Origin: Cenococcum geophilum
Taxonomy: Eukaryota
Assembly: GCA_050273025.1 (NCBI GenBank)
Contig: CP158636.1
Coordinates: forward strand, 5,642,001-5,706,000
DNA: 64,000 bases
Direction: 5' to 3'
Shown here: piece by piece, positions 40,125 to 53,654 of the stretch
Layout: each line of letters starts with the position of its first letter
How positions within the stretch are numbered: the stretch's first letter is position 1
Program-made: the position numbers and the translations under genes
The notes under the pieces: generated by a model
What the model was told of the DNA's origin: nothing
Databases searched by the model: none
What the model saw: the letters and a program-made list of their open reading frames with translations, nothing else

Positions 40125-43110
40125 ATGCCACTAAAAGCAGCTACTATGACGCCATTAACGGCAGCAACTACTTTAGGGACAGGAGGTAATACTAGTATGG
40201 CAGATACTAACTTATAGCAACCTATAACGGTTAGACAGCTATAGGAAATAGTTAACTAGCTAATAGCTAATAATATAGTATTAGAAGAAAGACTTAACGG
40301 GATAGAAGTAGTAAAGATTAAGCTACTATTAATTAAGAGATTTATAGAAGAGAGGTTAAAGCTTAAAGGATTTCTTACGTAGATGCACTTTAAGGTCTTA
40401 TAGGAGGGAGTAAAGTTATCTATACCTGTAGATCGGATAGCCTATATAGGACTATTCTTATTAGGAAAAGCACTTAAGTGGTTTAAACCTTACTTTACGG
40501 AGATATAGGCAAATAGAATGACGACTACTAACTAAGACATGCGATTTATGTTCTTAAGTTAGGAAGGATTCGCAGAATGACTTACGTAGATATTTGGAGA
40601 CCTAGAAAAAACAACTATAGCGAAAAGAAAACTTTAGAACCTTATGCAACGAACTTTAGTAATTAAGTATATAATATAGTTCTAGACACTAGCAACATAA
40701 GTAGAGTGGAATAATAGGGCGCTTATGGCACAGTATAAATAGGGACTTAAGGCTAAAGTCTAGGACGCGATTATCCTAATAGAAGATGCGGACACCCTAA
40801 GGGAATTAATAGATTAAGCGATTAAGATTAATAATAGGATCTTCTAAAGGGAATAGGCTAAGAGAGGCTAGGATAGAGTTTTATAGTTATATAAGGCGTA
40901 GAGTATATAACGACAAAAGCTAAGTTAGAAATTATAGTATAGCGCAGAGCTAATAGACCTAAGTGGTATTAAAGAAGCCTATAAGAGATAGAGCAAACTA
41001 TAGAAACCTAGAGGATAAGGATTAGGTAATTAAAGGTCTAAGGAGTAGAGGCTAAATTAGGGATCTTAATAGTAGAAGACATTTAGGCGGACTCTATAGC
41101 AAGAGAAATGGTTTAAAGAAGGAGCTTATATAAATTATGGAAAATAGGGTTATTACGTTAGAGACTGTAGAAGTGGGCAGAGTTACTATGCAGTAAAAGG
41201 TATAAAACTAGCAGACGATATATACGTATAAAGGGATAATAATATACTGCGAGGAACAAAAGAATGTTTAATTAAAAGTTTTGCGTTTTGTTATAATAAC
41301 GTATACCAAATTTATAAGAACGCTAAGTACGGTATAAGCTATTAGCTATAAGAGCTAGTACCTATAGGATATAGAGGAACTAATAAACTAGTTCGCAAAT
41401 TGGATATTAAAGACGATGAATTTAATATAGGCGAAACATTCCGTAATAATAAGGTAATAAGGGCCGCTTACTAGGAGCGAGTAGACCTTAGAGATGTTAT
41501 ACTAGAGGTAGAGGATAATTCCATTATAGAATAAGGAATATTAGTAGGGATTAAAACCCTACTAGATATAATGTCTATTACTTCGCGAGATATAAAAGAA
41601 GTAGGATAGTGAACTACTTCGGCACTTGATAAAGGTAAAAGGCTAAAGGCTTAAGATTTTTAAGATGAGATAAGAGACGACTAAGATTCTTAAGACAAGA
41701 TAAGGTATACCTAAGGACCCACAACGGATGAAAACCGATGAAGTAGGGCAGTAGCTTAGTTTAGAACTATACGAATGAGCTCGGGATAGAGTTTCTTATA
41801 GGCATAAGACTCTTAAGACGAGATGAGTGAGATTTAAGACTCTTAAGACGAGATAAGAATACTATAAACGCCTAGTTAGACTAAGGTGGGAGCCAAGCTT
41901 AAGTTAGAAGTAAGCTTAGGATTAAAGAATCTAAGGGACTAAGATTTTGGAGTATGAATGAGGGCACCTATAGGTAAGAGGTAAGGAGCTTCTTTATAGA
42001 TTAGAGAATCTATAGCGTAAATAGCGACTAGACTAGGAGATAGATATATAGACCTAGAAGACTTACTAGGGGAATACAGTGTTTAGCCTAAAGATTAAAA
42101 AGTTAATACTAAGATTAAGAAGTAAGATAACTTTGAGGATTAGAGCGTAAGACGCAAACTAAAAGAAACCATAGAAGAGTTTAGGTAAAGAATTATCGCA
42201 TAGTAAGAATAGAAACTAGATAAGAGATCTAGTATATTAGGACGTATAAAGGATAGAGCACTAATACAAAGAATTACTAATAGGCTAAGAGTAGGCATAT
42301 TAAGAGCTAAGTGGCTTACTAAACTGGAAGATAAAGAGGATCTAGGGATTTTAACTAGGTTCGAGGAATGACATATAAAGGGCTGTTACGATATAGTAAT
42401 AAGAAGATACTTCCTTACGGATAGACCGTATATACTCTAGTAGCTATACTAAAAGTAGTATAGGCAAAGGCATAATAATAAGTAGGAAGATTTCTATATA
42501 TAGTTGGATAAAAAAGTTATCCAGAACCACCCGATTATAGAAAAGGCTATAACGTATATTAAAGGAGCCTTAATTATAATGTTAAAGGATCTAGAGAAAC
42601 GTTTAGAGGACTAGAGAAGTAAAAGGCGCATTTTAGTACCTGCGAATAAAGTTATAACGTTTAGATTAGCACAATAAAGGTTTAAACTTAGGGATAAAGA
42701 TAAACTAAGAGTTGACCTAAAGCACCTAGCATACTATACGTTATTATGGATTGCGTATATAGATAATATATACGAAATGCATAAAAATCTAAAGGAAAAG
42801 AATTGGAAATACCCTATAAGGATATACTGGATAACGGACAAGCAATAGTACAGGAATGCTAAATATATATATAGATGGCATCTAGTAGAGGTTTAAGAGG
42901 AAGGAAGCTTAGTATTTTAACTAGGAAGATTCCTTACGGAAGAATGCTTAGATAGATAACAGTGGTGGGAATGCCTAGAAAATATGTATCTATAGCATAT
43001 TGAAGATAAAAAGCGAACTAGGTATTGGCTAAAGAGCGAGCTAAGTGCACTAGGATTAAGTAGCTAATAGTTAGGAAAAGTAGAGGCCTACGGGACTAGA
43101 GGGAGCTAGT
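40125..43110 (+). pseudogene. Gypsy-B gag with a ~650-codon C-terminal extension
   Basis: ATG at 40125, capsid-like block (AFEWFEPYL..QYKQGLK), CCHC knuckle ~41127-41170, then an extension with Cys/His motifs and DSQDE repeats. Confidence 0.7.
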
Positions 43111-43129
43111 GGTAGAGCCTTAGACCCTT

Positions 43130-46100
43130 AAAGGAATTTAAGGACGATACCTAAATTTACAAGTTAATTGGTAAGATTAGCAGTTTAAAGCGCTAATAGA
43201 TAGTAGAGTAACGCGAAACTATATTTTACTAGTAGCAGTTAAAAGAATGGGACTACCTTATAGATAAAAGGAGTAACCTTACCTATTAATTACGATTTTA
43301 GGAGATCTAATAACCTATAGAGGAGGGATTATTAATCTTAAAATAGGACCTATTTAGATAACTATTAAAGGGAGATAAATTAAGATGTCTTTTAATATCC
43401 TACTATTAGGACGGGATAAGGTAGTATTAGGTATGCCTTAGTTACAGGAATATAATTTAAGGATCGATTAGATTATAGGTTAGGTTAATATTAGAGATAC
43501 TTAACGCCGTAAGATGCGATAATAAGCTAAGTTGGTATAGTACTAAGTAGGAGTAACCTATAAAGAAATAGAAAAAGGACTAAGTTATGTACTAAAAAGA
43601 TACTATAAGTATGGTAAGAAACTATAGTTACCGGAAAGTAAAAAGCTGTTAGAATATATAGCATGGGACTATAAAATAGAGTTAGAACTAGGAATAAGTC
43701 TAAAGTTTTTTCTAATCTATAAGCTTACCGAAGAAGAAGGTAGAGCGTTAAAAGAGTTTATCTAGGAAAATCTATGAAAGGGATATATTAGACCATCGCA
43801 GTTATTAGCGGGTTATCTAGTACTATTCGTACTAAAGAAAAATGGTAAACTAAGGCTGTGTATTAACTATAGGCAGTTAAACAGTATCACTAGGAAGGAT
43901 AGGTATCCTTTACCCTTAATTAGCGAAATTTAAGATAGGATAGGCAATGCGCAAATCTTTACGAAGATAGATCTAAGATAGGCGTACTATTAGATTAGGA
44001 TTAAGGAAGGCGACGAATAAAAGGCAGCCTTTAGGTTAAAGGAAGGACTATATAAACTATTAGTTATGCAATTTAGGCTTATAAACGCATTAGTAATGTT
44101 CTAAAAGCGTATTAACAATGTATTAGGAGAATACTTAGATAAATTTGTTATGGTATATCTTAACAATATTATTATCTACTTAATGACTAAGGAAGAATAC
44201 GGGGAATACGTTAAATAGGTTTTGAGGAGACTATAAGAAGAATAGATGCTAGTAATAATTAAGAAATGCGAGTTCTTTACCAGGAAGACTAATTTTATTA
44301 GATTTATTATTAAACTAGGCTAACTTAGTATAGATCTAAAGAAGATTAAGGCTATAGTAAATTAGTAGGAACTAGAGAACGTTATATAGTTAAGATTGTT
44401 TTTAGGGTTTTGTAATTACTACAGAAGGTTTATAGCGCAATAGTTAAAGAATATTAAGCCACTTACGCGATTAATAAAGAAAGAAGAACTATAGGTATGG
44501 GGAGAGGAATAGCAGAGACTCTTTAAGAAAATTAAAGAGTTGTTTACTTAGGAGCCAGTTTTTAAGATCTATTAACTAGGACTAGAGACGGTTATAAAGA
44601 CAAATACATCAGACTATGCACTAGGGGCGTGCTTTATATAAAGACATTAAGATGGATGGCACCTAGTGGCATACTATAGTCGGAAGATGACACCACTAGA
44701 GTTAAACTATAACATCTATAACAAGGAGTTGTTAGGTATAGTTGTAGTATTAAAGAAATAAAGAGCATTCTTACAAGGTATAGAGAAACTATTTATAGTT
44801 AAGACGGATTATAAGAACCTAATAGGATTCCTAACGACGAAGGAACTTAACTAAAGATAGGTTAGATAGGCAGAGATGCTTGCGGAATACCATTTTGAGA
44901 TTTAGTATACTAAGGGTACAGAGAATGCATAAGCAGACGCTCTAAGTAGAAAAGCTGAACTATAAAATAACGAAAAGCTATTAGGGGCTTTACTGCGAAA
45001 AGACATAGATGGATTGATTAGGTATAATTATCTAAAGATTATAGCAACTTAAGAAAACAAGTTAGGGAAAGTCTATAAGATACCGGAAAGCTTTTAGGTA
45101 TAAAGGATTCTAGAAGAATAGCTAGAAGATCTACAGACAGATATATACGAAAATTGAGAAGCGAAATATATCCTAAGAAGCATAGTAAAGCAGTTTATGG
45201 AAGACTTTTATAAGGGATTAACTTAAGGACATAATGGAGCTATGGGCTTAGTGTTAAGACTCTAGGAGGAGTATATTATTAACGGAATCTAGAGGATAGC
45301 TAGGAAGGTTACTAAAGAGTATTTAGATTGCTAAAGGAATAAACCGACGAGGTATAAGCTATATGGAGGGCTATAACCTATCGAAATACTAGAAAGACTA
45401 TAGGAGGTTATATTATAGGACTTTATTATTAAGTTGCTAAAATTAAGAGATCCTATTACCGGATAAGATTATAACGCGATTCTAGTAATAGTAGATAAGC
45501 TTATAAAGTGGGGATACTTTATAGCATGTATAGAAGAAATCTTAGCGGAGGATGTTGCTAGAATTTATATTAAAGAAGTGTTTATAAAATATAGAGCACT
45601 AAGTAAGATTATATCGGATAGAGATCTAAGATTTATAGCAGCATTTTAGGAAGTATTCTTAGCAGAGTAAGGAGTTTAAGCAGTAACTTCTACCGCATAT
45701 TATCCGCAGACAGATAGTTAAATAGAAAAATTAAACTAGACACTAGAATAGTATCTAAGGCATTATATTAATTATGTATAAAATAATTAGGTATCACTAT
45801 TACTAGTTATATAGTTTACATATAATGCAACACCTTAAGAAGGAATAGGTATATTACTATTTAAGGCAAATTATAGATATAAGCTAAGAACATTATTGTT
45901 ACTATAATAAGTGAAGAAAATGAGTAGTATAGCTAAAGAAAGAATAAAGGATTTAATAAATCTTTATATAGACCTTATAGAGACAGCTAAAATAGTATAG
46001 TAAAGAATGAAAAAGTACTATAATGCTAAAAGATCTAAGGGACTAGATCTTAAGGAGGGAGATAAAGTATAGTTACTATACAAAAATTTTAAGAGTTAAC

Positions 46101-46490
46101 GACTAAGTAAGAAATTGGACTACGTTAAACTAGGACCTTTTAAAATTACACAGAGGATTTTACCGGTTATATTTAAGTTAAACCTACTAGCCAAAATAAA
46201 GATCTACCCTATATAGCATATTGTAATGCTAGAGCTAGTATATAGAAATATTAAGCTACCGGTTTATAAAGCAGATACGTACAGAGGATAAGAAGAAGAC
46301 AAATGGTAAGTTTTAAAGATCGTTAATTATAAGGACATTAACGACGAAACATGGTATAAGGTTAAGTAAATAGGCTATACTAAGACTACCTAGGAGCTAC
46401 TAAAGAATTTAAAGAACGTTATAGGAAAGGTATAGAAGTATTGGAAGAGATTAGGTCAGGCAGTATTAATAAAGAAGGATTGCTAAAGAA
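43130..46490 (+). pseudogene. Gypsy-B pol (protease, RT, RNase H, integrase, chromodomain)
   Basis: ALIDSGATRNY ~43190, LRLCIDYRQLN ~43850, YLDD ~44156, ETDASDYA ~44597, integrase, chromodomain-like YEVKWTGY..TWEP..NL ~46355. Confidence 0.88.
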
Positions 46491-49400
46491 TAAGTTACCT
46501 AAGGGGGACCTAAGAAGAGTAGTTGCCGAACTACTTGGATCTATTTCCTTCTCTATTAAAGGAGAATCCGTTTTTTTATTACTTAGTTCCTACAGACCTT
46601 ATTTTATAAGTTTTTATTTCTTAAAATAAACCTTCTTATAAACCTTTTTAAGACAAAGCAGATAAGTAGACGCCATAATTTAAGTATCTAGGGCCTTCTG
46701 TTCCGCGTTATAGGAACGTTCTAACTTAGTAAGGGCTTATAATAGTTTACCATCTAGCTATATAGTAGTAGATTAAATATAAAACCTTAAGATAAATCAA
46801 TTAGGGAACTAGACGACTATTAAGAGTAATAGGTCGCGTATATTTAGTATTAGAAGTAGAGCGAATATTATAGGATAAACAAATATTTGCTTTAGTATAC
46901 TCCGAGTAAGAGGACAATTATCGCGAAGATGGGTTCGCTAATATAATATAAACTAACCCCTCTTTCAAATAACGAGAACACGGAGACGGCATAATCTTAC
47001 TAAGAGATAATATTGCAGCAATAGTGCGAGCACGACGTTGGGCGTATAAAGAAGAAATTGCTTTAGGTATAATAAGCAATAATATTAACTAAATTAATTA
47101 GACGGATATTACACCTCTAGTAAATAACTTGGAGATATTTTAAATCTTTAAGGACGAAGATAAAGAGGAGGGAGATGGTATTACGGACGCTTTAAGTATA
47201 ATATTATAACTACTTAGAGAAGAGACGGAAGAAGCTAGTTAGTTAATTTAGGCACGGTCCGAAATGGAGCCGATAAAACTATATAACGAGGAATAGTAAC
47301 TAAGGTTATATAATGTGCTATATATTAAATAAGAGGAACAAGAGGAACTTACGTACCTTATGTATAAGACATATATTACGTATAAGAAGGATTTTATAGG
47401 AGTACGGTTGTATATTTAAGGACCCTTAATCCCTACCTAGATAGTTCCTTCCTTATAGTAATTCTTAGAATATAATTGGAGTTAATCTGTTGGGCAACCA
47501 CTCCACCAGTTATTATTACGTTGTTGACTTTTATACTTGCATTTCCTATATACCTAGCCCAATAACGAGCCTACCGTAGTTCTTGCTACAAGGTTCCGTT
47601 ATACTTAGTGTGTATAGTTCGCAAGGTTCTTAATAAATATATTTATTTACTTACTCTAACTTATATAGTCGCTGTCGTTAATTTTATAGGCAAGTCTAAG
47701 TACTAGCTCTTCCATCTTTAGAGAAATAAACTTTTAGAGTAGGTCTACCTTCTATTTATCTGTCTCCTTGGCGCGGACTATTAGCTTATTAAGCTCTTCC
47801 TTCTAAGACTAGTAATTACGCTCGCCCTAGGGGAAATAGTTAAGCTTATTCTTTGCGACTTAGGTTATATTAAGGACCTTATAGTAGGCAGTAAGGTCTT
47901 TAAGCATATCTTCCTTAGTAGGCCATTTCCACGCAGATATATTATTTGGGTTCTTATATATAAGCTCTAGGCCCTACTTAATAAACTTATAGGCCTTATC
48001 TTCTAGTATATCTAAGATATAAAGGATTTAGAACTAACCTGTGTTAAAGTAGTCCCAGTCCCAGTTAAAGACTCCCTTAATCTTAATATACCAGGTCTTA
48101 AAATTAGCTTATTATTCTAGCGGGGTACCTTTTCCGCTAAATATTAGCGGGTCTTTAGATCTCCGTTTTTTCTACTAGGTTACTACTATTATTATAGGGG
48201 TTAATTATTTTAGAATGGTAATGGTCTCTACCTAGGAGTTAATAGTTCCTATCTAGGAAGTAATAAGGGCACTAAGGTTTTCGTTAGCTTTTTTATTAGC
48301 GGTGTTTATATTATATATATACTATAGTCCTACTTTAATATTATTAAGGAATTCGTTGGTATAGTTAATAAGGGTAAGGTAAGCTTTACTAGGCTTAAAG
48401 GTCTTAGGGTATAGTAGGGAGCGGCGGATTATCTATGTAATATTGGGGTATATCTCTATAAAGAGGTCTATAAAGACGTTATAGGGGTTCTAGGTTTCGG
48501 CCATTTCGGCGTTATTAGTGTTGCCTATTTAGGCGCTAGGTAAAAACTAAGGATTGTTTTAGGACTATGCTAGGGATATGTTAGTTTTAGCAGAGGCGCG
48601 TATAGGTCGCGATTGCTCTAGGGCGGAGGTTAATTGGCTAGGGTATAAGGAATTAGTGATTGCGACGGGGCGCAAGTTAAAGATACCATAAACTGTCACA
48701 GTGCTGTAATAAAGTGGACTAAATAACTACGTTGTAGTATAAAGAGGGAAAGAAGGTAAAAAGGGGGTATTATATATAAATAGTAGGGCCGGCCGCTAAG
48801 TCGCTAGTAGTGGGCCAGCTAATAGTAGGAAACAGTACGAGATAGTATAAAACAGTATGCGTCAGGTCAGTGCCGTAACAGCAGGCCTCTCCCGATTAAC
48901 CACGTGCTACGCCCCCAACTAATATCTACTATAACACCCCAATCGACCCTGCTACAGCCACGTGCTTTAACTGTAGAAAAGATAGACACTTTGCCTTATT
49001 TTGCCCGGAGCCAAAAGATATAGGCGATATTAAGGAGATGGAGGAAGAAGAAACGTCTAACGAGTTAGAAAAAAAAGAATCCTAGGGAAAGACTTCCCCC
49101 TAGGGTACCCTATCGATCTCAAAAAGATTAATCTAAGTTAGTTAATAGGTAGAAAACACTTTATAGTTTTATATATAGTATTTTAAAATATATATAGAGT
49201 TAACACAATCGCCCTTATTAACACTAGAGTAAATGGCTTTGCCTTTATAGATACTGCCTATATAACTAACGTTGCTAGGTTTCTAAATGTGAAAGCCACC
49301 TAGCTAGAGAAGCCTGTCTAAGTAAAAGGCTATAACAGCTAAGCTAGTAAGCCGGTTACCTATATGTTAAAGTTATATATTTCTCTTAATAGATAACACC

Positions 49401-52400
49401 TATATAGTATACCCTTCTACATTCTAGACCTAGGTTCCCATAATATAATTCTTAGTTAAAAGTAGATATTCTATTTTAATATCTAGCTAAATATACAATA
49501 AAGGCAGCTTATTTAGCCGAAGGATAGACTAAAATTACCCTCCTTTATTAAAGAGATCTAAACTAACCGTAGGACATTAGCCGCAGAGGCGGATCCTATC
49601 TATAAGTAGGATATTAGGGACTGGGACCTAGCCTTTATATAGAAAGACGCCTATTATAAAGCTAGTAAGAACCCTATACTAATAAAGATACTCTCCTACA
49701 GTGCTATAGTTAAAGAGGACTCTACATATAAAAGCAGAACGGATAGTAATATAGAAGTCGCCTAAGTTGCGGAGATCTAACTTATATAGAAGAGGACCTA
49801 CTAATAAAATACGAGAGATAGCCTCCGGAAGATATAGTAGAAGCTAAAGAGAGGAACAAGAAAGTCGATACCCTAGAAGCCTTAGAAATTACATATACCC
49901 CTACTATTACGTAACCCCCCTATATTAGATATCGCGGCTATTAGTACTATAGGGTTTCACTTTAATATATACCAGAAGGATAATAAGGTTTTTACAACTA
50001 GCTTATACAAAATTAACCGGATTATTAATAAGAAGGAAGAAGGGCTAGCTAAGGAAAGTAACGAGAAGCTAGTTAAGCGCCTCCTTTCTACCTACCTTTT
50101 AAGCCATAAAGACGCGTTCTTAAAAGCAGCTTTAGATATACTACCCCCTTACCAAACGCACAATTATAAGATTTAATTGGAAGCCAATAACTTGCTAGAA
50201 TATAACCCCCTTTACTAATAATTAACGGACAAGCTAAAGGTAATAAAGTAGTACTTAATTAATAACCTTAATAAAGGGTTTATTAAGCCTAGCTAAGCCT
50301 CTTTTACTTCCCCTATTCTATTTATAAAAAAGCCTAATAGAGGCCTTCGTTTTTATATTAACTATTAAAAGCTAAACGCTATTACTTAAAAGGATCGGTA
50401 TCCTATTTCTTTAATTAACGAAACCCTTACACGTCTAATCCAGGTAAAGATCTTTACTAAACTTAATATCCGCCAAGCTTTCTACCGAATTAGGATAAAC
50501 CCTACATCTAAAGATTTAATAACGTTCCGTACCCGTTATAGGTTCTATAAATATAAAGTCCTTCCTTTTAGGTTAATAAATGGGCCGGCTATATACTAAA
50601 GGTACATAAACGATATCCTTTTTAATTACCTTAACGAGTTCTATACGGCATACCTAAATAATATCCTTATATACTCGGACGACGAACTTAAGTATAAAGT
50701 TTATATTAAGAAGGTCCTAGAGAGATTACGGAACGCGGGCTTATAAGTTAATATTAAGAAATATAAATTCGGGGTAAAACGCATAAAGTACTTTAGGTTT
50801 ATTGTAAGTATAAATGGGATTAAAGTTAACCCTAAAAAGGTTAAAGTAATCCGTAGCTAAAAGCCCCCTTATACTATAAAGGGGATCCAGTCCTTTCTTA
50901 ACTTTTATAATTTCTATTACTGGTTTATCCATAACTATAGAGTTATAGTAAAGCCTCTTATACGACTTACCTAGAAAGATACGCCTTTTATATTTAATAA
51001 TAACTATATAGAGGCCTTCGAAGAGTTAAAGGATTGGCTTATCTCTTCTCTAATCCTGCGTTATTATAACCCGGATCTTAAATTAATAATAGAAACGGAC
51101 GCTTTTAATAGAGTCGTAGTGGGAGTCCTATTACAGTTATATCCAGACGGCGAATAGTATTCTATTACTTTCTTCTTAAAGACAATAAACCCGGCTAAGT
51201 GTAACTACGAAGTACATAATAAAGAAATGCTGGCTATTATTTAATCGTTATCCCAATAGCGCGCGGAGCTTAAAGGCATAAACTCTTAGATTAAGGTCTA
51301 TACTAATTATAAAGCCTTAGAGTATTTTATAATAATAAAGCAGCTTACCAGCTAATAGGCTTAATAGGCTAAAATACTTTTTTAATTCTTCTTTATAATT
51401 ATATACCGCCTAGGTATATAAAACTCTAAGGCTAATACTTTAACCTAGAGTGTTAGTCACATAGGGTGACTTACCAATAACGACTACTCGAGTAGGGTTA
51501 CAGTAATGTTGGTTAATAAAGCTTATTAATTAAAATAAGGAAGAGCGAGGAGCTTAAGGCTCCTCGCCACGCTAGTGCCGCGGCTATACGTAACTATATA
51601 TAATATATTCCCAACACTAACAACTCTTCTTTTGTGGTTATATATAAAATACCGCTTAACTAACGTAATAAATATTAATCCTCCTTACTTACTATTGCTA
51701 TTGCAATATAAGTCTCACTATCCCAAAATTTGCCTCTTAGCACGTAGCTCTCTTACTTAAAAGTTACAGGTAGGTATTTTATTTAGAGGGCCGCCAAGGC
51801 GCTAGTAGTAAGCGAGCTAATAGCGATTTTCCATCCCGGGGATAGAAAATCCTAATTAGCTGGGTTAAGTTAGGGTCTATAGAATCCCCCCTTTTAAAAA
51901 GTCTTGGCAAGAGAATCTAACCAATTAGATAACTTTAACCGCTAGTTAAAGTTCCTAGACATCTTAAGACCTTATATAACTAAGAAATTTCTAAAAACTC
52001 CCTTTTAACCCAACCTTTAACTTGTATACGTAGAGTATTTATATTAACAAATGTCTCTAGTACCTTGTTTGGGTTCGCCTTTATTATTATATCTACTGGG
52101 TTATCTTAGCCATTAATCCATTAAATATTAAAGAGTTCTTAACGCTTATAGGATTGCTAAAGTGCCATAATATCGATTATAAGGCGCTTCTCCTTTATAG
52201 TACCAAGCTTAACTAAATACTTATAGAGGGAATATAAGCATCAGGAAATTTTTTTTTGGGCTCGTTGTTGCGGTTTGCGGCAATTTGCGGCAAACTGTAC
52301 GGTCGCGGTGGGTGTATATGGTCCTTAGCGATTTGCGTAAAACGCGCATTTTGCAACAAAATTACAGCATCCTATAGCAAATTGCGGCAAAATACTTAAC

Positions 52401-52410
52401 CACTGTGCGA

Positions 52411-52495
52411 AATATACGAAATGTACAAAATGTACGAAATGTACGAAATGTACGAAATGTACGAAATATACGAAATGTACAAACTGTACAAATTG
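52411..52495. repeat. 9-bp tandem repeat (AAATGTACG)n
   Basis: About 8-9 directly visible copies. Confidence 0.9.
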
Positions 52496-52621
52496 CAACT
52501 ATATAAATTATATTATATAATACCCAGATTATTGCATATTCCTATAGATTACTATAATATTCTTTTAAATATATTTATATTATAACTATATAAAATATAG
52601 AGCTATCTACTTAGGTATTAA

Positions 52622-52951
52622 GGGGGAAGCCTCTTATCCCTTGCAACGCCGGCGTCCATCTGCAAATGGTCCGTGCGAGAACACCAAATCAAAACAACGC
52701 GTACAATGTCTATGTTACGATCAACCATGCCTTCCAAACGTACTTCTAACGATACAGACTTTGTTGAGCCGACTCAATATAATGTTTAACCAAATTACAT
52801 CGCAAAAGAACCCCTCCCCGAAGCCCTGGCCGCTACCTAATTTTAATCCTTTCCACATTGATGATTTTGATTTGACTGATTCTATTGGTCGATCCTTATC
52901 GATAACAGATGGACGCAAGTCGGCGTTGCAAGGGATAGAGGCTCCAAATCG
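52622..52951 (+). mobile_element. ~330-bp piggyBac-like deletion derivative/MITE
   Basis: Inverted repeats AGCCTCTTATCCCTTGCAACGCCG..GCGTCCATCTG (52628-52662) and CAGATGGACGC..CGGCGTTGCAAGGGATAGAGGCT (52906-52943), TTAA at 52618-21 and 52952-55, short transposase-like start MLRSTMPSKR..PWPLPNFNPFHI. Confidence 0.55.
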
Positions 52952-52967
52952 TTAATTGGCGGTATTT

Positions 52968-53216
52968 ACCTACCTGCCTGCCTACCTACCTACCTGCCTG
53001 CCTACCTACCTACCTACCTACCTGCCTATTTACCTACCTATCTATCTATCTATCTGTCTATACCCACCTACCTATACCTACCTATCTATGCCTACTGTCT
53101 GTACCTACCTGTCTATGCCTACTGTCTATACCTACCTGTCTATGCCTACTATCTGTGCCTACCTGTCTATGCCTACCGTCTGTACCTACCGTCTGTACCT
53201 ATCTATCTATACTACC
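52968..53216. repeat. (CCTA/CCTG)n microsatellite grading into a 24-bp repeat
   Basis: Directly visible; explains the spurious ORF 52956-53228. Confidence 0.9.
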
Positions 53217-53360
53217 TCTGAACGGTAGTCGTCCGGGGTGCCTCCATAGGAGGGCTTAATTCGATTCGATTCGGTAATAGACTAATAATAAGGCTCTGGT
53301 TTGATTCAACCGATCGAATCGTTCAGTGTTTGCTGGCTGGGTCGTTCGAACGGTTAGCGG

Positions 53361-53526
53361 TCGTCTAGCTCTGACGACAGTCGTCTAGCTCTGGCGACGA
53401 TCGTCTAGCTCTGGCGACGGTCGTCTGGCTCTGGCGACGATCGTCTAGCTCTGACGACGGTCGTCTGGCTCTGGCGACGGTCGTCTAGCTCTGGCGACGG
53501 TCGTCTAGCTCTGGCGATGGTCGTCT
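53361..53526. repeat. 20-bp minisatellite (TCGTCTAGCTCTGGCGACGG) x~8
   Basis: Directly visible. Confidence 0.95.
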
Positions 53527-53654
53527 GCTGGCTGCCGTTCTGGTGCCTCTCTAGGTAGGGAGGATGTAAGGAAGGAAGGGTAAAAAATAAGGTGGCTACC
53601 TATGTGTAGAGGCTATCGGGAATATAGCGGGGACCCGATAGTAATGTGTCATGC

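Larger units (their letters stand above)
39656..47603 (+). mobile_element. Gypsy-B chromovirus-type LTR retrotransposon, full length (7.95 kb), nested in Gypsy-C gag
   Basis: 425-bp LTRs at 39656-40080 and 47179-47603, TSD CTTAG, PPT AAAGAGGAGGGAGATGG. Confidence 0.95.
34015..48880 (-). mobile_element. Gypsy-C LTR retrotransposon, full length (~6.9 kb without the nested insert)
   Basis: 187-bp LTRs at 34015-34201 and 48694-48880, TSD GCAGG. PBS TGGTATC on the minus strand ~48688, PPT complement at 34202-34216. Minus-strand RT (AYLDDVLIF ~37075), RNase H, integrase. Confidence 0.92.
32548..51450 (+). mobile_element. Gypsy-D LTR retrotransposon (5' LTR, gag, PR, RT, RH), split by Gypsy-C and truncated at the Copia insertion
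   Basis: Putative LTR 32548-33035 (TATAAG..TGACA). Gag from ~33054 resumes at 48886 with CFNCRKDGHFA..C (~48962). Protease LIDTGA ~49215, RT YLDD ~50651, RNase H ETDAS ~51090. Confidence 0.82.
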
